A stretch of DNA of 64,000 nucleotides, from positions 22,396,709 to 22,460,708 of the forward strand of contig CM119268.1 of NCBI GenBank assembly GCA_051294375.1. Direction: 5' to 3'. The DNA is from Paraspadella gotoi (taxonomy: Eukaryota; Animalia; Chaetognatha). The translations under genes were made by a program, and so were the position numbers. Below are positions 52,249 to 64,000 of the stretch, piece after piece. The notes under the pieces were generated by a model. It was not told where the DNA came from and searched no databases. It worked only from the letters and a program-made list of their open reading frames with translations. Every line of letters begins with the position of its first letter. The stretch's first letter is position 1.

Positions 52249-55201
52249 TTACCCCAATACTTCCCCCAAAACTGATTGGCCTTCCTCCAAAGAGACGATG
52301 GCCTGCCCGCCCTCTGGATTCTCCATCGTTACTCTCAAATTCCCCTCGACAGGCAACAGAACCACTAACGCCCTCTTCCCGTCTTCAGTTGTAGTCATTC
52401 CTTGATGCGACACGACGAATTGGATTGGCTGATAGCGATGGATAACGCCGCCGTGAGGACAGCACTTGTCGCAGGAGCTGGAGCTGGAGCCGACGCAACA
52501 ATTCGCGCAACAACGAATGCAGGACCCGTCCTAAATGATCGATTTAAAAATTATTGTTTCAAATAGATCGTTGTTGAATTCATTTCAAACTTTTCTCTAA
52601 ATCGAAACGAAAGGATTACAATGTCAAATAAATTACATAAAATCGAAATCATAATCCGTAAATTCAAGTCCATACAATGATGTATTAAAATAAAACAAAA
52701 ATGAAGCGTGAAATTCGAAAGTTTTCGCGCTCCTATAGTCAAATAAGTCAAATAATTAACAATTAACAAACAGACGCATTAAATACTGAAATGAAATATT
52801 GTAAGGTTAATTATTTCGCTACCTTGTGCAATGCAGTCGAAGCCAAGATCACGCCCCAAACGCTCATGGTGAAATGATAGATGGCGAATAGCAAAATGAT
52901 TCCGTTAAGCGATATCAGCGTCGACACGTACATGTCCTCGTTTGGCGGGTAGTACCAGTCGCATTCCGTGTGATTATATCCCCATCTGTCCATTTTTGTC
53001 GTACAGTTTTCCTCGGGGGGAAGCTAGAGTGTGTAAAACGTACTATTTTAGTAATAAATTAGTATTACCCGATCTAGTACTTCAGGTATTTTTTCTTTTA
53101 TACATTTGAAAGCCAGGTTCTCTAGAGAGAGTCTTGTAGTTAATTGAAAGCTTGCAAGGTCCTGCTATGTTATTATCTTTTAAGAGGGATGAAGACTAAC
53201 CCACCATAGGCATAGCCTGTCCATAATTGAACTTCAAGTTCTCTCAAAAAAATTTCTTTTTTCCTTTAACTACTAAATCGATTTTCAATGAAACTTTTGA
53301 ATTAGTTCATTGGGTTGTTGCACTCAAGCTTTTAAATATTTATTAATATATAACAAAAGACAAAAATTTTTAAAAATTATATTTTTTAAGAACGGATTCC
53401 TATAGAGCTTGAAAAGTTAAATGAAAGTTAGTACTACATTTTTTAAAAATTTTGACAATAAATTAGTTAAAAATAGAAAAAACCTTAAAAAATCATCATC
53501 ATCATTGGCTGAATTTTATAGTTTTTTAAAATTTTCATTAATAAAACAAAAAAATTTAAAAAGTTGTATTAATAACCTTTATCTAACTTTTAAAGCTCTG
53601 TCAGAATCTATTAAAAAAAAATTGAAAAATTGAAAAAGATTTTTTAACTTTATATAGTAATAAAATAATCTTTAAATGCTTCCCGTGCGCTTATCAATAA
53701 ACTAAATTTTAAAAATTATTTTCATTTTCATATTCTCTAACAGTCACTTAACTATTATTTATTTGAGAGAACTTCTAGTTTTCAACCTGTTCCGACCTAC
53801 TGTCCAAAGTCAGGGGCCAGATAAGTTTGTTCCTTGTATGAACGTATAATTTTATATTAGTTGTACCAATTTCGGAGATAACTTTACATAGTCTACAATG
53901 GCCCACCTTCATATCCACATCGTATCGACTGATCGCAAAACACGCCCCGCCTCCTTCCAAAAACGAAATCACGCAGCAAAAGATCGATAAACATAGAAAG
54001 ATGATGATTTGCCCGTTGTTTCCAGTGGCGGCGGCCGATATTGCCGTCACGCCCACAATGACGTAAAACGGCGCCGCGAAGATGGCCATCCCGCTCGTCT
54101 GCGACATCCGCTCGTTAGCGTAGCCGACGCCGTAGACGAAGACGCAAATGGCGGCGATGTTGACGGTCGCTGAAGTGAGGCCGGTGGCGATTTGGGTGAC
54201 CCCGTTGAATCTTACGGCGAATGTGGCCAGGGCGGGGTTGGGGTTCTTAGAGAGGGAGAATTAAGATATCAATAATTTAATTAATTAAGTACAATCATTA
54301 ACCGATACCATATGGAAATCTTCATCGGTAAAAGCTCCGCCATGCTCGTCCAGTCTTGCCCAGTAGATCGAAAGGGAACAGAGAAAGATTCCCCAAAAAA
54401 TGAGCAAAGTTTCGACGAAAGCGGAAATAAAAGAAACTGCGAAAAGAGTGACAAAGACGGGGAACTGCCAACGCTCATCGGATCCGTAACCGTACAGTTG
54501 GTGACGATCTATGCTCATGAGGGCGAATCCTGGGAAAGAGAATGAAAATGACCGACATAAATAATTATAAATTACCTTAATTCCATTATAAATCATTAAA
54601 TCCTCTCCTACCCTTTCTGTTCAGTCCTTTAGATATTTGATTTTTTCAATAAATGACTTCCTTTCTTATTAGAAAATAAGAGCGAAAAGTATTTTTTTTA
54701 ACCATGTGTTGTATAGATGCTCCCTCTATTTCCAGAAGAACTAACATCCCTCTCCCTATTACATTAGTAAATATGCAATAATTAAATCTAATACTTTTGG
54801 GAAATATAATAAACTTTTATATTCGTTTTAAAATTTAGTCTAATATAAAAAATGCCAATGAGAATGATAAAGGTTCCCAAATCCGGATGCTTCGTACCGA
54901 TAATGATGACATTCGCAATGTTCAAAATCAACGACATGACGTTTAAAGTCAAAGCGACGACGATGGCGCACGACTTCCGTCCTGCGGCCGCCACGCGCAT
55001 CAAAATCCCGGTCACGATGTAAAAGACTCCGGCCCAAACGCCGGGACTCATCCACTGAGATTGAACTAACATTTTCTCGATGGCCAAACCGAGAACGAGA
55101 GTGGCGAGATTGAAGACAATGCAAATGGCGCCGAAGACGATTTGCAGATGGCCAGTCCTTTTGGCCGCGGGGGCGAGGAAAAATACATTTACTTTCCCCA
55201 T
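52249..55201 (-). CDS. MS4A/CD20-like membrane protein with two tandem CD20-like modules, paralog 1 (5 coding exons)
   Basis: GHLQIVFGAICIVF...PGVWAGVFYIVTGIL; second module GVTQIATGL...AAPFYVIVGVTAI; Cys-rich tail. Exons ~55201-54898, 54530-54310, 54247-53908, 53023-52823, 52530-52249. Confidence 0.85.
53225..53800. mobile_element. MITE-like element (same family as 42052-42665) nested in the short interspersed repeat
   Basis: Reverse complement GTAGGTCGGAACAGGTTGAAAACTAGAAGTTCTCTC matches 42053-42085; internal sequence also matches. Confidence 0.75.
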
Positions 55202-55581
55202 TCTGTCCCCGCGGGGGAATGTTTGATATTCTTACACTGGAAAGAAAAAAAAATTTCTTGAAGTAAAAACCAAATGCTACAAAAAATATTAAAGCAAGTT
55301 AATTTCAACAAACAAATTGTATTTTTGTCATAAATATCAAAAGTTTAAATGTAAATCAATTACAACCGGAGGCACATTTTAGGTAAATCGTGACGAAATT
55401 GTTCAAACACTTTCCAGATGTTATTGCCACCCTGTGATTAATCTAAATTCTTTCAAAGTAGGTGCTCCAAAAATAAGCACTTTACAAATCAGCATCATGC
55501 AATATACATTATACGAGCATGGGACATTTTTTCCATTAAAGTTTACTCAAAAAAGCTGGCATGCAAACCAAACATGTCCTT

Positions 55582-57782
55582 TTATGTGACAATGGCTTTA
55601 GACTTTATTCCAGCTTGTCCTTCTCCCAATGACACGACCGCTTCACCGCCTTCTGCCTTTTCCATTGCCACATTCATGTTATCGTTCATCGGCAGCAAAA
55701 CGACCAAGGCCTGTTGGCCATCCGCCGTTGTGGTCATTCCTTGATGCTGGACCACGAATTGGATCGGCTGGTAATGAGCCGTTGGAGCGGCGGCCGCCCC
55801 AGGCAAGCAGCATCGCTCGCAGGCTTCAGATGTCAAAGGGGCGCAGTTGCTGCAACCGATGCAGCAGTTGCTGCAGAATCGAATACAAGTTTGGTCCTAA
55901 AACGGAAAAGATTAGTATAATATAAAGGTCAAACTAACAGCTATCTCATATGGCCAACAAATATATAGTACCTAAAAATGAGAAGTAAATTTACAGAAAA
56001 ATACAAATAAGAAAAAATAAACTATTATAATAAACTAAAATACTAATTAAATTCAAACGCTTCTATTATCTACCTTGTGCAGTGCCATTGATCCAATAAC
56101 GACTCCCCAAATGCTCATTCCCAAATGAAACAATGCCATGAGCAAAACGACGGCGTGCAGAGAGACAAGAAGGGGTAAATAGCGATCGGCATTTGGCGCA
56201 GACACCCTGTTGCATTCCGTGCGGTTGTTGCCCCAACGGTCCGGTTTTGTCACGCACTCTTTTACTGGTGCCACCTTTATCAAGAGGGAGTAAACAATGA
56301 ACTAATAACTATATATATAGCAAAGCCAGAAAATTTAATTTTAACTAAACCCAAGTAGTATTATATTATATTACTTTACAAACTTTAATTATTTGAAGAG
56401 CTATAAAAGTTTAAAAAATTAACAATTTATTAAATCGTTCGCGCACCTTCATCTCGAAATCCGCCTGACTCAGAGCGTAGCAAGATCCGCCGCCTTCCAG
56501 AAAGGCGATCAGGCAGCAAAAGGTCGACAGGCAAAGAAAAGCGACGATTCGCCTGTTGCTGCTAGTGGAGGCGGATGTGACGGCGAAGTAGCCCGTCATG
56601 ATGAAAAAGGGCGCGGCGATGATGGCCGTCCCGTTCGTCTGCCCCATGTGTTCGCCGGTGTGGTTGAGGCAGTTGACGAAAATGCAAATGGCGGCGATGT
56701 TGACGCCGGCGGAGACGAGAGCGGAACCGATTTGAGCGACGCCGTTGACTCTGGCGGACATCGTGGCGAAGGCGTGGTTGAAGGATTCCTAGCGGATAAA
56801 AAATTAGAATGAAAAAAAATATAAACCGTTTAAAAGTTAGTAGAAAAGTTTGTGTCCCTTAAAATTATTGCCTCTCTGATTCCTGAATCCAATAATGCCT
56901 CGTGCTCACAAAATTATTGTTACTTGAGTTCAACACCGTTTAATTCAATAATATCAAAAAATATTGCATTTGATTTTCAAAATTAATAATACCCAAAAAT
57001 CCAAAATTACTCTATATATTGATATAAACTAGAAATTAATATTAACTTCTTGAAACTTGTTATTGAAAAAAAAAATTACAATTTTTTTCATTCTCTCCCA
57101 GCGCCGCACCTTCATCTGCTTGGTGCCTTCCGCCGTCTCCTTTTCCACGGCGCCGCGGTCGGCCAGACGCCTCCAATAGATGGCCTCAGAGGTGAGGACC
57201 ACGCCCCGGATGAGGAGGACCGTCTCCACAAAGGCGAAGACGAGTGACACGGAGAAGAGAGACACGTAGACGGGATAGCGCCAAGTATGGTAACCGTTCC
57301 AACCGTGGAAACGGTGACGGTCTTCGCTTAGAATAGAGATTCCTGATTTGAGAGAAAATAGGTATTTATTGAGTTCATGTCATTGATAAATTCACCAGAC
57401 GTAAGTTTTTTTAAATTAATTGCACGGCATATTTCAAAGTGGCAATTTCAACCCTCGCCCTATTTTTCCCATACGAACCCATAACAATGACGTGGGCGAC
57501 GTTTAAAATCCCGGAGACAACGTTCAACGTCAGCGCGGAGACGATGAGACACGTGGTTCGCCCTCTTCCGGCCACGAGGGTAACGACGCCGGTAGCGACG
57601 TAAAAGATGCCGGCCCAAATTCCCGGTCCCGTCCGCTGAGGTTGGTCGAGCCAATCGTGAGCTACAGCCATGACGACGAGAATGGCGGCGTTGAAGACGA
57701 TGCAGACTGCGCCGACGAAGATCTGGAGCGCGCCGTTTTTTCGCGCCGCGGCGTCGTCAAAATAGACGTTGACTCGACCCAT
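55582..57782 (-). CDS. MS4A/CD20-like membrane protein with two tandem CD20-like modules, paralog 2 (5 coding exons)
   Basis: MGRVNVYF...GALQIFVG...GPGIWAGIFYVATG; second module GVAQIGSAL...AAPFFIMTG; same exon structure as paralog 1; tail CIRFCSNCCIGCSNC... Confidence 0.87.
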
Positions 57783-58699
57783 TTTTGAAGGCCGATTTAA
57801 TCCCGATTGATAGTTTCTTATGAGGTACAATATACACCAATCAACAAACTACTCCGATATCACCGTAGATTCACTAAACTTTATGTCTGCGAAGGTAAAA
57901 AAATATGAAATTACTTGAAAAAGGATATGAAATTAGAACTAATGAACGGGATATCACGACAATTATCGTTGGATATGAGACATTGGACTTTGGACGTTAG
58001 ACATTGGACATTCTCGATAACTGCGAAATATTGAGTAATAAGGACACGTCAGAGTTTAAATTTAATTCACTCAGAGCTAAAAACAGAATCATGAACATCA
58101 TCTCTCTCTCTCTCTCTCACACACACTCACTATTTCTCTCTTTCTACGTCATTTTAAATATCATTTTTTAAATTTTCTCTTTGTTCGAAGATTATTCACC
58201 GAATTTATTTCAACATGATAGAAAAAATCAAACGAAATATTGTTAAAACGTTGAATTAAACTCAAAAGAACGAATTGGCGATATTAATACATCTTTAGCT
58301 TTTTTTTTTATGATTTATATTTCTTTGTTCTGATCCAGAATTTTCCATCCTGTTTCTTAAAAATTTTGTTCTTTTGTTTCTCAAATCTGTTTTCTTGTTT
58401 TCTATCAGTTAATTGCAGATGACAGGAATGATAATGGGCATCTTTAAAGAAAACAAAATAACAACTTTTAATAAGCATTAACATTACAAAATTTTGGCAA
58501 TATCTTTTAAAATTTAACTCTTTATTTTCTTCTAATAATCGATCACTTTCAGGTTTGATTATTATTATTTAACCAAATTTTTAAATCGTAAGTTTTATTA
58601 AAATATAAAGCAACAGTAAATCATGCTACAAATTATATACATATCAAGTCAGAGGAACACTTATATGCTGGCGCTTCTCCATAACACTTGAATTATATT

Positions 58700-61235
58700 T
58701 TAAAATCCTTTAAAAGTCATCTCCTCCTCCTCCTCCTCCTCCTCGTCACAACAACAACAACTTTGACAACACTTCCTCCTCTCGAACGCCTTCAGAAATC
58801 TCTCCACTCTTCCTTCAATCCACTCTCCAGCCGCTCGTCCACCCCGGACGCAGAAGCCGCAGCATCCGTCGCGGCAGCTGTCACAAGATTTACTGCATTT
58901 TTGGCAAGATTTGCGGCAGTTTTCGCAACCGCAGTTGTCGCAGCCACTGCCGCAACCGCCGCAGTCAAACCAGCCGCGACATCGTCTCTTCAACGACTCA
59001 AGCCCGCCTCGCCGCTCCAGCAGCGCCAGCGTCGACAGGAAGATGGAGAAGCAGAGCAGCAAAACGCAGACGACGATGACGGCGACGTAGTTGTTGTTGT
59101 TGTCATCTCCGTATTTCGGTCTGGAAAGAAAATAGTGAGAGAGGAGAAGAATATTGAGAATATTTAAAATTAGAACATACAATTGAGAAAACGACATCCT
59201 CCTACTATCCCCGCCTACCTCTATAGCGAATACAATACTACGCAATACTGCAATTGAATATCTAATTATTATTCGGAAAACTGAATCATTTAAAGTATTT
59301 GTAAAATAATAAAATAAAACATCTGGACAAACCGAATAAATAAATATTCGAATAATCTGAAATACTGCAATATGCAAATGAGACTTGAGGAACGCAAAAT
59401 CAAAATTTCTATGCTTCGCCAGCCCAACCATCAATCTACCTGACGATCGTGCCGTTAAGGTCGGGCACGTGACCCAAACCGACCGTCACGCGATTCGACG
59501 CCTCGCCTCTGTTTCCGGCTTCGTCCAAGGCGACGACGACGATGCTGAAGACACCGAAGACGCCTTCGTCGTTGTTGTTGGAGTCTTTGAGGCGGACGAC
59601 GAGGCGTTCGAAGCCGCCGACTGGCGAGGGCGTCTTCGTCACGACTCGAGTCCTGGAATGTTTCCATTAATTGATTCAATGCTAGATTCGTTTATCTATA
59701 TTTATTTTTGTATTCATCAATTCTTTTATCTATTTATGCATTCATTCATTCAGTAGTTAGTTCCTTTATATGTTAATTCGTTCATTCATTCATTCCTTCA
59801 ATTCATTCATTCTACTATCCATACATTTTTTTATTCACTCTTTCCTTCATTTATTCATTCCTTAAATACTTACCTATCCATCAATCCATCCATCCATCCA
59901 TCCATCATCCGTCTCTCCCTCCCTACTAGTCCATCCATCATCCATCCATCCATCTCTCCATCCATCCATCCATCCTCCATCCCTCCCTACATCCATCCAT
60001 CCATCCATCCATCCCTCCCGACATCCATCCATCCATTCCATCCCTCTCAGACATCCATCCATCCATCCCTCCATCCATCCGTCCCTCCCTCCCTACATCC
60101 ATCCACTTCCATCCCTCCCTACATCCATCCATCCATCTCCATCCATCCATCCGTCCTACCTCCCTACATCCATCATCCATCCCTACATCCCTCCCTCCCT
60201 TCCTCTACATCCCTCCCTCCATCCATCATCCATCCATCCATCCCATCCCTCCCTACATCCCTCCCTCCCTTCCTCCTTACATCCCTCCCTCCATCCATCC
60301 ATCCATCCATCCCTCCCTACATCCATCCATCCATCCCTACATCCCTCCCTCCTCTCCACATCCCTCCCTCCATCCTCCATCCATCCATCCTCCCTACATC
60401 CCTCCCTCCTTCCATCCTTACATCCTCCTCCATCCATCATCCATCCATCCCTCCCTACATCCATCCATCCATCCCTACATCCCTCCTCCCTTCCTCCCTA
60501 CATCCCTCCCCCTATCCATCCATCCATCCATCCATCCATCCTCCTACTCCCTCCCCTCCCACATCCATCCTCCATCCATCCTCACATCCATCGCTCCCTC
60601 CATCCATCCATCCATCCTTCCTCCTCCTCCTACTCCCTCCTTCCCTCCCTTACATCCTCCTCCATCCATCCCATCCATCCATCCCTCCCTACATCCATCC
60701 ATCCATCCATCCTCCATCCCTCCCTACATCCCTCCCTCCCTTTCTCCTTACATCCCTCCCTCTATCCACCATCCATCCATCCATCCATCCATCCATCCAT
60801 CCATCCATCCATCCTCCATCCATCCATCCATCCGTCCCTCCTCCCTACATCCATCCATCCATCGTCCATCCGTCCCTCCCCCTACATCCTCCATCCATCC
60901 GATCCATCCCTCCCTCATCCATCCTCCATCCATCCATCCTCATCCCTCCCTCCCTTCCTCCTACATTCCTCCCTCCATCCCTCCCTCCATCCATCCATCC
61001 CTCACCTCCCTTCCTCCCTCATTTACCTCCCCTCCTCCTCATCTCTTATCTCCACTTCGTATCTCATCGGTTCCCCTTCGTCCCAATCGTCGCCAGTCCT
61101 TCTCCATCTCAGCCTCGCTTCCCCAGTCGCTCGCCAGGTGGCTTCCACCGTCAACCGTCTCACGGCCGCGGGAGGTGACGCGTCCACGCCCGCGCGGAGA
61201 CGAGCGTCCACGACGTGAGAGGGCGTGGAGGGAGG
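58700..61235 (-). CDS. CLCA-like (calcium-activated chloride channel regulator family) 3' exons: FnIII-like region, TM helix and Cys-rich tail
   Basis: [11 protein letters not shown]...[20 protein letters not shown] and [15 protein letters not shown] resemble CLCA D.PP..I.DL...L.WTAPGDD.D.G..Y and A.D.....S..SN motifs; last exon 59120-58700. Confidence 0.75.
59870..61020. repeat. ~1.1-kb (CCAT)n/(CCCT)n compound microsatellite in an intron; mirror copy at ~61620-62800
   Basis: Directly visible. Confidence 0.95.
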
Positions 61236-61246
61236 GGTAAATTAGT

Positions 61247-61325
<79 letters not shown>

Positions 61326-61374
61326 TTCTCTCTGTCGTTGACTCTCTCTCTCCCCTCACCAATCCCCCCCAAAG

Positions 61375-63979
61375 ACACGCCACCGCCGGCGCCTTCCTCC
61401 TCCTCCCTCCTCCCTCCACGCCCTCTCACGTCGTGACGCTCGTCTCCGGCGGGCGTGGACGCGTCACCTCCCGCGGCCGTGAGACGGTGACGGTGGAAGC
61501 CACCGGGCGAGCGACTGGGGAAGCGGAGGCTGAGATGGAGAAGGACTGGCGACGATTGGGACGAAGGGGAACCGATGAGATACGAAGTGGAAGATAAGAG
61601 ATGAGGAGGAGGGGAGGTAAATGAGGGAGGAAGGGAGGTGAGGGATGGATGGATGGAGGGAGGATGGAGGGAGGAATGTAGGAGGAAGGGAGGGAGGGAT
61701 GGAGGATGGATGGATGGAGGGATGGATGAGGGAGGGATTGGATGGATTGGATGGATGGATGTAGGGAGGGAGGGGACGGATGGACGATGGATGGATGGAT
61801 GTAGGGAGGGAGGGACGGATGGATGGATGGATGGAGGATGGATGGATGGATGGATGGATGGATGGATGGATGGATGGATGGTGGATGGAGGGAGGGATGT
61901 AAGGAGAAAGGGAGGGAGGGATGTAGGGAGGGATGGATGGATGGATGGATGGATGGATGTAGGGAGGATGGATGGATGGATGGATGGAGGGAGGGATGTA
62001 AGGAGGAAGGGAAGGAGGGATGTAGGAGGGATGGATGGAATGGCATGGATGGATGGATGGAGGGAGCGATGGATGGATGGATGGATGGAGGGAGGATGTA
62101 AGGAGGAAGGGGGGAGGGATGTAGGGAGGATGGATGGATCGGATGGATGGATGGATAGGGGGAGGGATGTAAGGAGGAAGGGAGGAGGGATGTAGGGATG
62201 GATGGAATGGATGTAGGGAGGGATGGATGGATGGATGGATGGAGGAGGATGTAAGGAGGAAGGAGGGAGGGATGTAGGGAGGATGGATGGATGGATGGAT
62301 GGAGGGAGGGATGTAAGGAGGAAGGGAGGGAGGGATGTAGGGATGGATGGATGGATGTAGGGAGGGATGGATGGATGGATGGATGGAGGGAGGGATGTAA
62401 GGAGGAAGGGAGGGAGGGATGTAGGGAGGGATGATGGATGGATGGATGGATGGATGGAGGGAGGGATGTAGGAGGAAGGGAGGGAGGGATGTCAGGGATG
62501 GATGATGGATGTAGGGAGGTAGGGACGGATGGATGGATGGAGATGGATGGATGGATGATAGGGAGGGATGGAAGTGGATGGATGTAGGAGGGAGGGAACG
62601 GATGGATGGAGGGATGGATGGATGGATGTCTGAGAGGATGGATGGATGGATGGATGTCGGGAGGGATGGATGGATGGATGGATGGATGTAGGGAGGGATG
62701 GAAGGATGGATGGATGGATGGAGAGATGGATGGATGGATGATGGATGGATGTAGGGAGGGAGAGACGGATGATGGATGGATGGATGATGGATGGATGGAT
62801 TGAGGACTAGGGTAAAGTATTTAGGAATGAATAAAATGAAGGAAAGAGTAATAAAAAAATGTATGGATAGTAGAATGAATGAATTGAAGGAATGAATGAA
62901 TGAACGAATTAACATATAAAGGAACTACTACTGAATGAATGAATGCATAAATAGATAAAAGAATTGATGAATACAAAAATAAATATAGATAAACGAATCT
63001 AGCATTGAATCAATTAATGGAAACATTCCAGGACTCGAGTCGTGACGAAGACGCCCTCGCCAGTCGGCGGCTTCGAACGCCTCGTCGTCCGCCTCAAAGA
63101 CTCCAACAACAACGACGAAGGCGTCTTCGGTGTCTTCAGCATCGTCGTCGTCGCCTTGGACGAAGCCGGAAACAGAGGCGAGGCGTCGAATCGCGTGACG
63201 GTCGGTTTGGGTCACGTGCCCGACCTAACGGCACGATCGTCAGGTAGATTGATGGTTGGGCTGGCGAAGCATAGAAATTTTGATTTTGCGTTCCTCCAAG
63301 TCTCATTTGCATATTGTAGTATTTCAGATTATTCGAATATTTATTTATTTCGGTTTGTCCAGATGTTTTATTTTATTTATTTACAAATACTTTAATTGAT
63401 TCAGTTTCCGAATAATAATTAGATATTCAATTGCAGTATTGCGTAGTATTGTATTCGCTATAGAGGTAGGGCGGGATAGTAGGAGGATGTCGTTTTCTCA
63501 ATTGTATGTTCTATTTTTAAATATTCTCAATATTCTTCTCCTCCTCACTATTTTCTTCCAGACGAAATACGGAGATGACAACAACAACAACTACGTCGCC
63601 GTCATCGTCGTCTGCGTTTGCTGCTCTGCTTCTCCATCTTCCTGTCGACGCTGGCGCTGCTGGAGCGGCGAGGCGGGCTTGAGTCGTTGAAGAGACGATG
63701 TCGCGCTGGTTTGACTGCGGCGGTTGCGGCAGTGGCTGCGCGACACTGCGGTGCGAAAACCTGCCGCAAATCTTGCCAAAAATGCAGTAAATCTTGTGAC
63801 AGCTGCCGCGACGGATGCTGCGGCTCTCGGGGTCCGGGTGGACGAGCGGCTGGAGAGTGGATTGAAGGAAGAGTGGAGAGATTTCTGAAGGCGTTCGAGA
63901 GGAGGAAGTGTTGTCAAAGTGTTGTGCTTGTGACGAGGAGGAGGAGGAGGAGGAGGAGATGACTTTTAAAGGATTTTAA
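61375..63979 (+). repeat. Inverted (fold-back) duplicate of the CLCA-like 3' exons
   Basis: Reverse complement of 58680-61235 with indels; includes the exon start [10 protein letters not shown] after an acceptor ending 61374. Confidence 0.88.
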
Positions 63980-64000
63980 AATATAATCAAGTGTTTATGG

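Noticed and set aside
59874-62915. Long ORFs rich in MDGW / HPSI (for example 61464-62915, 483 aa)
   Set aside because: Translations of a stop-poor tetranucleotide microsatellite inside an intron.

Overview
AT-rich animal (invertebrate-like) genomic DNA with short introns and GC-rich exons. The middle of the window (about 24.6-49 kb) and the last 5 kb are noisy, redundant long-read-type assembly, with indels, 25-N gaps and fold-back inversions. In order: (1) two secreted-precursor genes on + (a Trp/Arg-rich cationic peptide precursor; an EGF/Cys-rich/GPHGM-repeat polyprotein); (2) an ~11-kb cluster of 18 tRNA genes with 17 different anticodons; (3) the 3' half of a histidine acid phosphatase; (4) two tandem procollagen galactosyltransferase (COLGALT/GT25) paralogs in several redundant copies; (5) two tandem MS4A/CD20-like genes, each with two CD20-like modules; (6) the 3' end of a CLCA-like gene with a Cys-rich tail, folded back on itself. 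The most notable finding is two different miniature LTR retroelements (TRIMs) in COLGALT introns. Both have 4-bp TSDs, empty sites visible in other copies, tRNA-like sequence inside their LTRs, and primer-binding sites matching the tRNA-Trp gene in this window. All calls are by eye; no searches were run.
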